In this document: in pieces, positions 36,652 through 48,073 of the stretch
Layout of the letters: the number at the start of each line of letters is the position of its first letter
Position numbering within the stretch: position 1 is the first letter of the stretch
DNA from: an uncultured Deinococcaceae bacterium
GTDB lineage: Bacteria; Deinococcota; Deinococci; Deinococcales; Deinococcaceae
DNA length: 64,000 nt
NCBI GenBank assembly: GCA_964252075.1
Contig: CAXULY010000022.1
Coordinates: 23,520 to 87,519 of the forward strand
Direction of reading: 5' to 3'
Program-made: the position numbers and the translations under genes
Notes under the pieces: generated by a model
The model's database searches: none
Told to the model about the DNA's origin: nothing
Seen by the model: only the letters and a program-made list of their open reading frames with translations

Positions 36652-37614
36652 GTGCGGACCGTGACGGTCGGGGTGCTGGGCAGCGGCACCGTGGGCGCCA
36701 GCGTGCTGACCCTGCTGGAGCGGCGCCGCGACATCCTGGAGAGCATGGGCGTGCGCGTGCGCGTCGCGGGTGTGCTGGTGCGCGACACCACCCGCGCGCG
36801 CGACATCCCGGACGCCAGCCTGCTCACCAGTGACCCCAGCTTCCTGAACGGCTGCGGCCTTGTGATCGAGGCGATGGGCGGCGTGGACCGCCCGCTGTCG
36901 CTGCTGCTGCCGTACCTGGAGTCGGGCCGCCCGCTCGTCACGGCGAACAAGGCGATGCTGGCGGAACGCTGGGACGTCCTGAAGGAACACGCGCTCGCGG
37001 GGCGGCTGTACTACGAGGCCAGCGTGATGGCGGGCACGCCCGTGATCGGGCCCATGAGCACCGTGCTGCGCGCCAGCCGCTTCGAGTCGCTGATGGCCGT
37101 CGTGAACGGCACCTGCAATTACATCCTGGGCCGCATGGAGCAGGGCGGCAGTTACGCGGACGCACTCGCAGAAGCGCAGCGCCTCGGATACGCCGAGGAC
37201 CCCCCCACCCTCGACGTGGGCGGCTGGGACAGTGCGCATAAACTCGCGGTCCTCGCGCGCTTCTGCGCGGACGGCGACTTCCCCTTCGACGCCATTCGCG
37301 TGTCGGGCATCGACGCGCTCACGGAGGCGGACATTCAGGACGCCATGCGCAGCGGCGAGCGCTACAAGCTCGTGGCGCGACTGGAGCGGGCGGGGGAGGG
37401 CTGGCGCGCGAGCGTGGCCCCCGAGCGGCTCCCACAGGACCACCCGCTCGTCACGGCGGGCTCCAGCCGCAACGCGCTCGTGTACCACGGCGAGGAATGC
37501 GGCGACCTGATCTTCGCGGGGGGCGGCGCGGGCGGCCTCATCACCGCGAGCGCCGTGGTGGGCGACGTGCTCGACCACCTGATCGGCTTCCCCGGTCACG
37601 TCCCCCTGCACTGA
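36652..37614 (+). CDS. hom: Homoserine dehydrogenase
   Basis: [28 protein letters not shown] and GYAEDP..D motifs. Confidence 0.93.
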   Translation: MRTVTVGVLGSGTVGASVLTLLERRRDILESMGVRVRVAGVLVRDTTRARDIPDASLLTSDPSFLNGCGLVIEAMGGVDRPLSLLLPYLESGRPLVTANKAMLAERWDVLKEHALAGRLYYEASVMAGTPVIGPMSTVLRASRFESLMAVVNGTCNYILGRMEQGGSYADALAEAQRLGYAEDPPTLDVGGWDSAHKLAVLARFCADGDFPFDAIRVSGIDALTEADIQDAMRSGERYKLVARLERAGEGWRASVAPERLPQDHPLVTAGSSRNALVYHGEECGDLIFAGGGAGGLITASAVVGDVLDHLIGFPGHVPLH

Positions 37615-37719
37615 GCACGGGGGCCGGGGCGAGCCCTGGGGGTCAGCTGGCGTGCGTGAGACGGCGCGGCCACTCCGGGAAGGGCTTCCCCTGCGAAGCG
37701 CCTCACGTGGCATGAAATG

Positions 37720-37754
37720 AAAAAGCGCGCCCGGCCACCTCTGGCCGGGCGCGC
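37720..37754 (-). terminator. Terminator of the HAMP-protein operon
   Basis: 13-bp stem gcgcgcccggcca/tggccgggcgcgc with a T-tract on the minus strand. Confidence 0.75.
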
Positions 37755-37764
37755 ACAATTCGCT

Positions 37765-39141
37765 TTAGTTCCGGGTGGTGCGGCGGCGGCGCAGGCGGCT
37801 CATGGCGGCCTCCAGCGACAGGCGCATGCGCTCCAGCGCCTGCGCGAGATCACCGATCTCGTCGTTGCGTTCCGCCGTCACGGGCGTGTCCAGCTGACCG
37901 AGCGAGATGGCGTCTGCGGCCTTCACGAGGCGCTCGATGGGCGCCACCACGCGCCGCGCCGTGCGGGTCGCGACGTACGCCGCCACGCCGATCGCGAGGA
38001 GCGACACCGCGAAGATCAGCAGCAGCGTCTGCGTCGTGATCTTGCGCGACTCGTCACTCAGCACGCCCACCGTGATGGTGTACAGCGGCGTGCCCTTGGC
38101 GCTGCCGACCGCGCGCGCGACGCGCTGCTCGCCTTCCTGGTACACCCCCCGGCGCACCACCTCGAAGGTGTTGGTGGTGACGCCGCCACTGGCGTTCTTC
38201 GCCTGGTCCTGCAGGCGCACGATGGCGGGGTTGTCGTCCGGCAGGCCCGCGTCCTTGAGCTGCTTGATCTGCTCCTTGGCGCGCTCGGCGGGCGAATCGG
38301 AGTACTTGAAGGAGGAGTCGCTGGTGTGCTTCGTCACCCATTCGTCCACGCGCGCGCCGAGGATCGGGTCGCTCGCCTCGTCCTTGCTGCGGAAGAAGTT
38401 CAGGCCGTCGGGCGTCACCACCTGCACGAAACCCACGGACGGCTGCTTCACGAGCGCGCGCAGCTGGTTGTCCACCTTGTCCTGGTCTGTCACGTCCACG
38501 CTGGTACCGACGGCGGCGGCCACCGCCTGCGCGCCCTGACGGATCAGGGTCGTCTGCGAGCGCGGCAGCACGATCGCCAGGAAGCCCAGCGTCACGACGC
38601 CCGTCAGCACCAGCGGCGCCAGCGATGACAGCGTGATGCGGCGGCCCAGGCTCTGACGCGGGGCGCTCACGGCGCTCGCGCTCTCCGGCACTTCCGTGAA
38701 GGTCGTCGTGACGGACATGTCGGAGGTGCGCGCGGCGCGCGGCTTCTCCTCCGGCTCGTCCTTCGGCGTGCCGGGCAGGTTCAGTGAACCCGTGAAGTCC
38801 GACCACGCCGGGTCCACGCTCGGTCCTTCCGGAATGACGGGCGCGGGACCCGCGGCGACCGCGACGGGCGCCGCGACGGCCGCGCTGGCGGTCACCGCGA
38901 CGGGCGCGGCTTCCTCATCCGCGACTTCCTGCAGGCGCACCGCCAGACCGAGGCCCTGGTACACGCCCAGCAGCGTCTCGGCGCGCTGCATGCTGGTGGG
39001 TTTCAGGAGGCGGCCCACGCGGCGCGAGGCGAGCTTCTGCGCCTGATCCGGCGCGAGGCCGAACCGCACGGTGAGCTGCTCGGTGAGGGTTTGACGGACC
39101 TCATCGGGCACGGGCTGGTCGAGAATGACGGTGTACTTCAT
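37765..39141 (-). CDS. Two-TM membrane protein ending in a HAMP domain
   Basis: Two hydrophobic segments; PIERLVKAADAISLG.LD.PV...NDEIGDLAQALERM at the extreme C-terminus. Confidence 0.85.
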   Translation of the reverse strand: MKYTVILDQPVPDEVRQTLTEQLTVRFGLAPDQAQKLASRRVGRLLKPTSMQRAETLLGVYQGLGLAVRLQEVADEEAAPVAVTASAAVAAPVAVAAGPAPVIPEGPSVDPAWSDFTGSLNLPGTPKDEPEEKPRAARTSDMSVTTTFTEVPESASAVSAPRQSLGRRITLSSLAPLVLTGVVTLGFLAIVLPRSQTTLIRQGAQAVAAAVGTSVDVTDQDKVDNQLRALVKQPSVGFVQVVTPDGLNFFRSKDEASDPILGARVDEWVTKHTSDSSFKYSDSPAERAKEQIKQLKDAGLPDDNPAIVRLQDQAKNASGGVTTNTFEVVRRGVYQEGEQRVARAVGSAKGTPLYTITVGVLSDESRKITTQTLLLIFAVSLLAIGVAAYVATRTARRVVAPIERLVKAADAISLGQLDTPVTAERNDEIGDLAQALERMRLSLEAAMSRLRRRRTTRN

Positions 39142-39572
39142 GCGAGTCCTTTCTGACGCAAGCGCTGGATGAACTGGGCCTGGGCGGCCTCCTTCATGTC
39201 CTGCAGCAGGGCATTGATGAGTTCGGCGAGGTTGGCGTCGTCGCCGACCTCATCGAGGGCCTCGTCCACCATCACGTCGCCCATCGGGCCGACGCTGGCG
39301 ATGAGGCAGCGGGTGACTTCGTCCAGCACGGCGTCCGTGAGGGACTGCGTGGCGGGCGTGGCGCGACCGGCACCCGCCGCGGGCGCGTTCAGGTACGCCT
39401 CGGCGCGCTGCAGGACCTCCTCGACCATCGGCACGCTGATCCCGACGTTGCGGGCGATGGTGTCCACGTCCCGCCGTCCGTCGGCGAGTTCCACGACGCT
39501 CCACAGGCCGAACGGCAGCTTGCTGGTGTCCGTGAGGCCCGCGGGCGGCCTGGGGAAGGACGGCGCGGTCAT
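39138..39572 (-). CDS. Hypothetical protein (wHTH-like N-terminus, helical GP-motif C-terminus)
   Basis: DGRRDVDTIA..G; VGPMG..MVDEAL; ATGA coupling on both sides. Confidence 0.75.
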   Translation of the reverse strand: MTAPSFPRPPAGLTDTSKLPFGLWSVVELADGRRDVDTIARNVGISVPMVEEVLQRAEAYLNAPAAGAGRATPATQSLTDAVLDEVTRCLIASVGPMGDVMVDEALDEVGDDANLAELINALLQDMKEAAQAQFIQRLRQKGLA

Positions 39573-40378
39573 GCTTCACCCGGCCCGGCGATGCGCCACA
39601 GCGGGTGGTGGCGCAGTTCCTGCAGCGGCAGGTCGCTGAGGCGCCGCTGCGAGCGGTCCAGCACGTCACCGAACACCGCGCGCAGCGCGGGCGTCAGTTC
39701 CTCCACGGGTACCTGCGACAGCAGCCGGATCTGGTGTCCGTCCAGCACCACCTCCCGCGCGAAGGGGTCGAGGCAGGGGTGGTCGTCCGCGAGGTCCAGC
39801 GCCGACTCGCGCCAGAGTTCCGCCACGGGCACGCTGCGGGCCGTGAGGGTGAGGAGTTCGTTCCAGAAGGACACCAGCTGTGTGGGGTTCACCTTGTCGT
39901 CCGCGACGACCAGCAGCGGCGTCTCGCTGTTCGCGGGCTCCAGGCCGCTGAGCATCTGCCCGGCCTCCCAGAAGCTCACGGCGCCGTCACCCAGCACCAG
40001 CCCCCGGAAGCCCTGCGCGACGAGTTTGGGGCGCAGCATGCCCCAGCTCATGCCGCTGGAGTGCGCGTCGGTGTGACGGCAGGACCACAGCAGGTCCAGC
40101 ACCGCCGCGTCGAGCGGCAGGAAGCTGACGGAGGCGCGCGGGAAGCGCCGCATGAGGCCACCCAGGTCGAGGTCGCCGCCAGCGTCGTAACCGCCCAGCC
40201 ATTCGCCGCCCCGCCACAGCGCGCGGGCCTGTCGGTCGCCGCCGTTCACGTCCAGCACGCCGGTGAGCGGCTGGCGGCTGCCCAGATCGATCAGCACCTC
40301 TGTCCAGGGCCAGAAATCAGTGTGCAGCGCGGCGTAAGTGCCACGGTTGAGGGGAAGGACGGGCCATTCATGAGCCAT
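39569..40378 (-). CDS. Hypothetical protein, PATAN/DUF4388-like
   Basis: Two TG.L.V...W.GG-type repeats; LADDHPCLDPFAREV motif. Confidence 0.7.
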   Translation of the reverse strand: MAHEWPVLPLNRGTYAALHTDFWPWTEVLIDLGSRQPLTGVLDVNGGDRQARALWRGGEWLGGYDAGGDLDLGGLMRRFPRASVSFLPLDAAVLDLLWSCRHTDAHSSGMSWGMLRPKLVAQGFRGLVLGDGAVSFWEAGQMLSGLEPANSETPLLVVADDKVNPTQLVSFWNELLTLTARSVPVAELWRESALDLADDHPCLDPFAREVVLDGHQIRLLSQVPVEELTPALRAVFGDVLDRSQRRLSDLPLQELRHHPLWRIAGPGEA

Positions 40379-40447
40379 AATTCATCCTTACCTTAGCGCC
40401 CCTCATGTCCTCCCGCCGCCAAGTTTGCGTGCCGGGCGGACGCACGC

Positions 40448-40476
40448 AAAAAGGCGGGCGGCCACCGCCGCCCGCC
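40448..40476 (-). terminator. Terminator after the bacilliredoxin gene
   Basis: ggcgggcggc/gccgcccgcc stem plus T5. Confidence 0.7.
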
Positions 40477-40491
40477 CCCTGACCCTCGCCT

Positions 40492-41112
40492 TTAGAGCTG
40501 CGCCATCAGGTCCTGCACGCGCCCCTTGAGGTCGCCGCGCGCCTGCGGGGCGCCCAGCTGGTGCAGACCGCCGTGGTACGCGTCCGGGTCGCCGAAGAGG
40601 CTGGAGAGCAGCTCAAACTCGCGCTTGCTGCGCAGCGACGCGTCATCCCGGAACAGGCTCACGTACGCGTCCTGGAACTGCGCGTCGCTGATCTGGTCCG
40701 CGAGGTACTGCTGCATCAGGCTGCGGTACGGGGTGAGGTCACCGCCCGACTGCAGGCCCACCTCGCCCGCGCGCGGCGTCACCTGCGCCTCGAACACCGG
40801 ACCGAGCGCCTCGGGCGTGATGTCCCAGTTGTCCACGTCGAAGACCGGCTGGCCTTCCTTGAACAGGATGAACTGCGGGCTCTGGTGCGTGATGCCCGTG
40901 CGGCCCGCGACGTGGTTGCTGGCGGGGCGCCACTCCACCACGCGGATCACGCCGACAGGCAGCTCGTAGCGGTTCAGGAAGGTCTCCAGCACGCTGAAGC
41001 CCTGCATGGTCTTGTGGCAGGTGCCCGCCTTGAACACGCCCGCTTCCGGGTACTGCTGCAGGAAGGCGTCGACTTCTTCGGGGGTGGTGAGGGCCGTCAG
41101 GACATGGCTCAT
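40492..41112 (-). CDS. abxC: BrxC/YtxJ-type bacilliredoxin with C-terminal extension (AbxC-like)
   Basis: FKAGTCHKT and HQSPQ motifs; helical C-terminal domain. Confidence 0.8.
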   Translation of the reverse strand: MSHVLTALTTPEEVDAFLQQYPEAGVFKAGTCHKTMQGFSVLETFLNRYELPVGVIRVVEWRPASNHVAGRTGITHQSPQFILFKEGQPVFDVDNWDITPEALGPVFEAQVTPRAGEVGLQSGGDLTPYRSLMQQYLADQISDAQFQDAYVSLFRDDASLRSKREFELLSSLFGDPDAYHGGLHQLGAPQARGDLKGRVQDLMAQL

Positions 41113-41164
41113 GCCCTGATTCTAGGCGCTGCTTTAAAAGACGAAGTGATCTGCGCCACGAGCG

Positions 41165-42151
41165 TCAGGTCAGCTGCCACGCCCGCACCTTCAGGTGATC
41201 GGCGTGCGGGTAGTCCTCGCCCGCCGCCACGCGCGCCACCAGCGCGCCCTCACGGCCCGCCGCGCGCAGGCCCTCGCGCACGCTCCCCTCGAAACGCGCG
41301 CCCGGCACGCCCGCGTGATTCAGCAGCGTGAGCAGCCACCCGCCCGGCTCAAGGAGCGCCGCCGCCTGCGTGACGAGCGCCGGATAATCCCGCTCCGCGC
41401 GCCACACGCCGCCCCTGCCGCGCGAGAAGCTCGGCGGGTCCAGCACCACTGCGCCGAAGCGCTCGCCGCGCCGCGCGAACCGCGCCAGCCAGTCCGGCGC
41501 GTCCCCGGAGATGAAGTCCGCGTCCGGGCGCGCCACGCCGGACAGCGCGTAGTTTTCCTGCCCCCACGCCAGCACCTTGCGGGACGCGTCGAGGTTCTTC
41601 ACGACCGCCGCCCCCGCGAGCGCCGACATCAGCCCGAACCCGCAGGTGTACGCGAAGGTGTTCAGCACCCGCAGGCCCGCCGCGTGCCCGGCCAGCCACG
41701 CGCGCGCGGGCCGGGCGTCCGTGAAGAGCCCGACGCTCAGGTCCGCCCCGGGCCGGATCAGGAACGGCACGCCGCGTTCCAGCGCGACCACCTCGGGCTG
41801 CGCTTCGCCCCACACGGGTTCCGGGGGGCTCAGCGCCTCGCGCTGCACGTTCGCGGCGTGCCGCGCCTCCACCGGGCGGCGTTTCAGGTACACGCCCGAC
41901 AGGTCCAGCGCCTCCGCGCACGCCGCCGCCAGCGCGCGCTCCTCGCAGTGGGAGAGCGGCGCGTACAGGCTCAGCACGCCCACGTCCGCCGCGCGCTCCA
42001 GCGTGAAGAGCCCGTCCGTCTCCGTGAGGTGCGCCGCGCGGTACACCGTCGTGCCCTCGCCGGGCAGGTGCGCGCGCCTTGTCTGCAACCCGCGCAGCAG
42101 CGCGGCGGGGTCGCGCGGCAGGGCGGGGCGCGCGCGGTCCCGCCCGCTCAC
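41165..42151 (-). CDS. Class I SAM-dependent (RlmI/RlmK-like) methyltransferase
   Basis: [17 protein letters not shown] and LDPPSF motifs. Confidence 0.88.
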   Translation of the reverse strand: MSGRDRARPALPRDPAALLRGLQTRRAHLPGEGTTVYRAAHLTETDGLFTLERAADVGVLSLYAPLSHCEERALAAACAEALDLSGVYLKRRPVEARHAANVQREALSPPEPVWGEAQPEVVALERGVPFLIRPGADLSVGLFTDARPARAWLAGHAAGLRVLNTFAYTCGFGLMSALAGAAVVKNLDASRKVLAWGQENYALSGVARPDADFISGDAPDWLARFARRGERFGAVVLDPPSFSRGRGGVWRAERDYPALVTQAAALLEPGGWLLTLLNHAGVPGARFEGSVREGLRAAGREGALVARVAAGEDYPHADHLKVRAWQLT

Positions 42152-43512
42152 GCGCCGACGGTTTCGGCCTCGGCGGTCACCGCGGGCCGCGTCACGTCCA
42201 GCCCGGCGTCCTCGGCCCACGCCATGAACGCATCCAGGCCGCGCCGGAACAGCAGGGGGCGCTTCTCGCGCTTCCCGAGCTTCTTCTTGCCCTCCGGCAG
42301 CGGCAACTCAGGCACCAGCGCCCAGTTGGCATTCATGGGCTGGAAGCCCTTGGGGTTCGCGGACGCCAGGAAGCGCACGAGGCCGCCCAGCATGCTCTCC
42401 GCGGGCGGCGTGACGGGCGCGCCGCCCAGCGCGAGGCGCGCCGCGTTCGTGCCCGCCAGCCACCCGGTCGCGGCGGACTCCAGGTACCCTTCGGTGCCGG
42501 CCAGCACGCCCGCCACCAGCGTGTCCGGGCGCGCCTTCAGGCGCAGGTCGTGCGTCAGCACGGTGGGGGCGTTCAGGTAGGTGTTGCGGTGCATCACGCC
42601 GTACCGCACGATTTCCGCGTTCTCCAGGCCCGGAATGAGCGCCAGCACCGCCTTCTGGTCGCCCCACTTGAGGCCCGTCTGGAACCCCACGAGGCTCCAC
42701 ATCTGTCCCGCCGCGTCCTCCTGACGCAGCTGCACCACCGCGTACGGCCAGCGACCCGTGCGCGGGTCATCCAGGCCCTTGGGGCTCATGGGACCGAAGC
42801 GCGGGGTGTCCACGCCGCGCCGCGCGATCTCCTCGATGGGCATGCAGCCCTCGAAGAACTCCAGGTGCTCCCAGTCGTGCGGCGTGTGGCTGCGCGCGGC
42901 CTCCAGCGCCGCGTGGAAGCGCAGGTACTCCTCCTTGTTCATGGGGCAGTTGATGTAGTCGGCGCTCTGGTCGTAGCGGCCCGCGCGGAACGCCACGTCC
43001 ATGTCGATGCCCGAGAACTCCAGCACGGGCGCCGCCGCGTCGTAGAAGGACAGGCGCTCGCTGCCCGTCACGCGCGCGAGGTCGTTCGCGAGTGCCTCGC
43101 CCGTCAGGGGGCCGCTCGCCACGACGGTGAGGCCGTCCGGCAGGGCCGTCACCTCGCCCGGCACCACCTCAATGAGTGGGTGTGCCCGCACAGCGCTCGT
43201 CACGTCCGCGCTGAAGGCCTCGCGCTCCACGGCGAGGGCGTTCCCGGCGGGCAGGCGGCTCGTGGCGGCAGCGCGCATGATGGCGCTTCCCACCGCGCGC
43301 ATCTCGGCCTGCAGGAGGCCCTTGGCGTTCGACTCGCCCTCACCGCCCAGCGAGTTGCTGCACACCAGCTCCGCGAAGCGGTCGCTGCGGTGCGCGGGGG
43401 TCATGGTGGCGGGGCGCATCTCGAAGAGGCGCACCTGCACGCCCAGGCGCGCGGCGGCGAGCGCCGCCTCCGACCCGGCGAGGCCCGCCCCGATGACGTT
43501 CACGATTGGCAT
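42148..43512 (-). CDS. trmFO: Folate/FAD-dependent tRNA m5U54 methyltransferase
   Basis: [25 protein letters not shown] and EGY.ES motifs. Confidence 0.96.
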   Translation of the reverse strand: MPIVNVIGAGLAGSEAALAAARLGVQVRLFEMRPATMTPAHRSDRFAELVCSNSLGGEGESNAKGLLQAEMRAVGSAIMRAAATSRLPAGNALAVEREAFSADVTSAVRAHPLIEVVPGEVTALPDGLTVVASGPLTGEALANDLARVTGSERLSFYDAAAPVLEFSGIDMDVAFRAGRYDQSADYINCPMNKEEYLRFHAALEAARSHTPHDWEHLEFFEGCMPIEEIARRGVDTPRFGPMSPKGLDDPRTGRWPYAVVQLRQEDAAGQMWSLVGFQTGLKWGDQKAVLALIPGLENAEIVRYGVMHRNTYLNAPTVLTHDLRLKARPDTLVAGVLAGTEGYLESAATGWLAGTNAARLALGGAPVTPPAESMLGGLVRFLASANPKGFQPMNANWALVPELPLPEGKKKLGKREKRPLLFRRGLDAFMAWAEDAGLDVTRPAVTAEAETVGA

Positions 43513-43571
43513 CCGGTCAGTGTAGCCCAGCTGGCGCCACGAAAGGAAGACCGGCGCTCAATGCGGGCGCG

Positions 43572-43901
43572 TCACCCACCGAGCTGCTGCGTGCGCAGCG
43601 CCGCCTCCAGCCGCTCCAGTGTCACGGGTTCACGCTGTGCCTGCACGCGCGCCACCAGTGCGCGCAGGTGCAGCTTCTCGGCCAGCCTGCGCTCCTCGGT
43701 GCCCAGGCGCTTGCCCTGGTACAGCCGCAGCGCGATCCCGGCGATGCGGTGCGCGTTTCCCGACTGCTCGTGCTCATCCACTGCGCGTTCCACCAGGCGG
43801 GCCAGCAGGACCGCGGGGCTCAGGCCCAGGTCGGACGCCATGCGTTCAAGCCGGTCCGCCACCAGGGAATCCAGCTCGAAAACGAAGGTCCATTCAGGCA
43901 T
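43572..43901 (-). CDS. Small hypothetical protein with a possible ribbon-helix-helix N-terminus
   Basis: [16 protein letters not shown]...GLS...LLARLV pattern. Confidence 0.6.
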   Translation of the reverse strand: MPEWTFVFELDSLVADRLERMASDLGLSPAVLLARLVERAVDEHEQSGNAHRIAGIALRLYQGKRLGTEERRLAEKLHLRALVARVQAQREPVTLERLEAALRTQQLGG

Positions 43902-44056
43902 ACATGAGTTTAAGATGTGAGGCGTTAGTAAAACGTTACGTCATCGCACACGCGCTGCCGCAGCGGAAATGCGAGGCGCGTCCCGCGCCCAGGGGGCGGA
44001 TCAGGTACTATTCCAGGGTTGCTTCAGCGAAACGGAAGCGTCACGGAGAGAGACCC

Positions 44057-45436
<1,380 letters not shown>

Positions 45437-45449
45437 CACTCCAGCAAAA

Positions 45450-45481
45450 GGGGAGGGCCGGGATTCATCCCGGCCCTCCCC
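45450..45481. terminator. Hairpin between convergent miaB and desaturase genes
   Basis: gggagggccggga-ttca-tcccggccctccc. Confidence 0.7.
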
Positions 45482-45493
45482 TTCCTTATCTTG

Positions 45494-46573
45494 TTACTCG
45501 GCGCGGCCGGGCACTTCCGGGTTGGCCATGAACTCCGTGGGGTCCAGTTCGGACAGCCCCACGAGGCGTTCGTGCTCACCGATGCGCAGGTGCAGGCGCT
45601 TCACGTCGCCCTCCACCTGACCGTAGTCGAAGGACGACCAGATGGCGGTCTGCTGCGTGCCGTTCGCGTCGAAGTCCGGCACCTCGCGCGTCTGCTTGAG
45701 GCCCGCCTCCAGGTTCCGGCGCCCCTCAATCCCGAGGTTGCGGAACACCACCTGCATCACGTCGCGGCTGAAGTCACGCGGGCCGTACACCCCGGCGCGG
45801 TACACCGTCTCGAAGAAGTGATCCCAGTCCGGGACCAGCTTCGAGGCGGGCATCGCGAAGGTGTTCACCACGTGGCGAATCGCCTCCAGCGTGCGCTGGG
45901 GGTAGTAGTACAGGTACAGCCGCACGCCCTCCAGGAAGAAGTTGTAGTGCGCCGCCTCGTCCACCGCGATGGTCTGCGCGACCTTCGCGAGCACCGGGTC
46001 CGCCTGGTCCTTCAGGTGCTCCTTGTCGCTCCGGCCCAGCGCGATCTTCATGAGGTTCAGGTAGTTCAGCTGCGTGGCGCGCTCCTGAAACACCGTATAC
46101 ACGAGGTTCGTGATGGCGTCCGGGAAGGGCAGCGTCCACTGCTGCTCCCGCAGGCGCTCCTTGTACTCCGCGATCCACTCGGGCGTCCGCTGGCGCTGAA
46201 ACAGCAGGGCGTTCTCCCAGGCGTCCGCGTGCTTCTCCTCCTCGCTGCCCCACCGCAGCTGGAAGTGGCTGCGGCCGTGGCTGCGCCGCACGACGTTCAG
46301 GAGTTCCGCGGTGTAATCCGGCGCGTACTGCTCCACCGCGAAGAAACCCTGCACGATGCTGGTCACGTCCGCGCCGATGTCCTGACGCATGGCACGCCAG
46401 TCGAAACTCAGGTCGGCGTTCCAGTTGCGGGTGGCCTGGCTGCGCGCCGTGTACCAGCGGTACAGGCCGAGGAAGCCGCGCTCGATGAGGCGGTCTTTTT
46501 CGCGGTTGGACAGCAGGCCAGCGGCCTGCCTTCTGCCAGTGGGCAGGGCGGAGGGGGGGAGAATGAATGCCAT
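45494..46573 (-). CDS. Acyl-ACP desaturase (ferritin-like diiron)
   Basis: W.SEEEKH, QERATQLNY, DEAAH and FAMP motifs. Confidence 0.88.
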   Translation of the reverse strand: MAFILPPSALPTGRRQAAGLLSNREKDRLIERGFLGLYRWYTARSQATRNWNADLSFDWRAMRQDIGADVTSIVQGFFAVEQYAPDYTAELLNVVRRSHGRSHFQLRWGSEEEKHADAWENALLFQRQRTPEWIAEYKERLREQQWTLPFPDAITNLVYTVFQERATQLNYLNLMKIALGRSDKEHLKDQADPVLAKVAQTIAVDEAAHYNFFLEGVRLYLYYYPQRTLEAIRHVVNTFAMPASKLVPDWDHFFETVYRAGVYGPRDFSRDVMQVVFRNLGIEGRRNLEAGLKQTREVPDFDANGTQQTAIWSSFDYGQVEGDVKRLHLRIGEHERLVGLSELDPTEFMANPEVPGRAE

Positions 46574-46604
46574 GGGTGTACCTCTCAGGGTGCGCTGCGC
46601 CGGA

Positions 46605-47087
46605 TCAGGCCGGGGCCGCTGCCGGTGGCGCTACGCGCCGGTAGATGTCGAGCATGCCCACGTAATTGCAGGTGACCAGACCCTGGTCGTGCAGTTGCGC
46701 GAGGGCGTCCTTCACGACCAGCACCGGCAGGCTCAGGCGCCGCGCGAGGTCGAGGGCGGTGTTCGGCTTCACGAGTGAGCGGAACACCCCCTGCACTTCC
46801 GGGGTCAGGGACGCCAGGGCGCGCGCGGGCGTGAACTGCGCGGCACCGGCCGTGACGGCGCGGTACATCACGTCGTTCGTGCGGCCCGTCACGTGCACGC
46901 GGCGAACGTGACCGCCATTCAGGAGGTCCAGCATGACGCGCTGGAAGGCCTTGTCCGTCAGGTGCGAGGCGCTCACCAGCTCACCCTCGGGCCAGCTGGC
47001 GCGCGACAGCAGCAATTCCAGCAGCATCAGGCGCTCGCGCTGCTCGGCGTCCTGCTTGTTCACGGACAGGGACCAGGCACTAATCAT
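46605..47087 (-). CDS. Tandem winged-helix-like protein
   Basis: GGAGG RBS; TALDLARRLSLP..VVKDALAQLHDQGLV wHTH pattern. Confidence 0.65.
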   Translation of the reverse strand: MISAWSLSVNKQDAEQRERLMLLELLLSRASWPEGELVSASHLTDKAFQRVMLDLLNGGHVRRVHVTGRTNDVMYRAVTAGAAQFTPARALASLTPEVQGVFRSLVKPNTALDLARRLSLPVLVVKDALAQLHDQGLVTCNYVGMLDIYRRVAPPAAAPA

Positions 47088-47138
47088 GGGTTGCCTCCCG
47101 GCGGTGGTGGGGTCGGGCGACGGCCCGGTCCGAGCGGC

Positions 47139-47336
47139 TCAGAGGTCCCGGAACTGCAGGCCCAGCGCGAGGCGCTCGGTGTGGCGACCGGTCAGGTACA
47201 GGCCTTCCATGGCGCGGCGGCCGAACAGCTGCGCTACGCGGTCCACGTGCACTTCCCTCAGCTCACCGAGGTAACGCATGGTCACCTGGGTCATGCTGCC
47301 GGGAATCCAGGCAAAGAAGATGGTGTCGGGGTTCAT
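47139..47336 (-). CDS. Small hypothetical protein (65 aa)
   Basis: GAGG RBS before MNPDTIFFAW; coding-like codon bias. Confidence 0.65.
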   Translation of the reverse strand: MNPDTIFFAWIPGSMTQVTMRYLGELREVHVDRVAQLFGRRAMEGLYLTGRHTERLALGLQFRDL

Positions 47337-47490
47337 AAGGCACCTCAATCCTGCGGGCCAGCGAGACAACAAAAGGACGCGGTTCCGCCTTCGTCAAAGG
47401 GGACAGAAGGCGGAACCGTGACTGAGGTCCGAACGCTGACCTCCTCAGAATACCCTGTTGAGGTTGCGACGATTGTCTGTTGGGTGCGGT

Positions 47491-48027
47491 TCAGCGGTCC
47501 GTGTCGATGTGGAGCGGCTCCAGCTCGCCGCGCGTGAGGCGCGCCTGCGGCGTGCCGTCCATGGCGAGCCATCGGTGCAGGCGCGACACCCGCTGCATGA
47601 GGGCCACGTCCGGCTCCAGGGACGCCGCGCTGGCATAACACGTGAGGGCGTCCTCCAGCGCGGGGCGCGCCCACGTCAGGAAGTCCTGCACGCTCGGTGC
47701 GCGCCCCTGGAGCGCGACGCGCACCTGCTCGCGCGCGTCGTCCTCCGCGAGTCCCGCCAGGGCGCTGAAGGCCGCAAGGTGTCGGTCAAGTTCCAATGAC
47801 GCGCGGTAACACGCGCGGGCCTGCTCGCGGTCCATGGCGTACGCGAAGGTCTCACCCGCGAGGCGCCAGAGGGTCGCGCCTTCAGGGTCACGCGGGTGCG
47901 CGCGCGCGGCCTCCCGGTACGCCAGCGCGGCCTCCTCGACGTTGTCGTGCCGCAGGTACCGCTCCGCGTCGTGCAGGTGGGCGCGCCAGTCCAGGGTGGC
48001 TTTCTGCGCTTGGCGACGCCAGAACAT
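47491..48027 (-). CDS. TPR-like helical hypothetical protein
   Basis: A...YREAA..HP and ARACYRASLELD patterns; TAGGTT -10 6 nt before the ATG. Confidence 0.7.
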   Translation of the reverse strand: MFWRRQAQKATLDWRAHLHDAERYLRHDNVEEAALAYREAARAHPRDPEGATLWRLAGETFAYAMDREQARACYRASLELDRHLAAFSALAGLAEDDAREQVRVALQGRAPSVQDFLTWARPALEDALTCYASAASLEPDVALMQRVSRLHRWLAMDGTPQARLTRGELEPLHIDTDR

Positions 48028-48073
48028 GACATGAACCTAGCATGAGGGCGCGCGGCGTGCCGCCCCGTTTGCG

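Noticed and set aside
43920..43945. Possible second RDRM upstream of the RHH-like gene
   Set aside because: Spacing between the half-sites does not fit the 17-bp consensus
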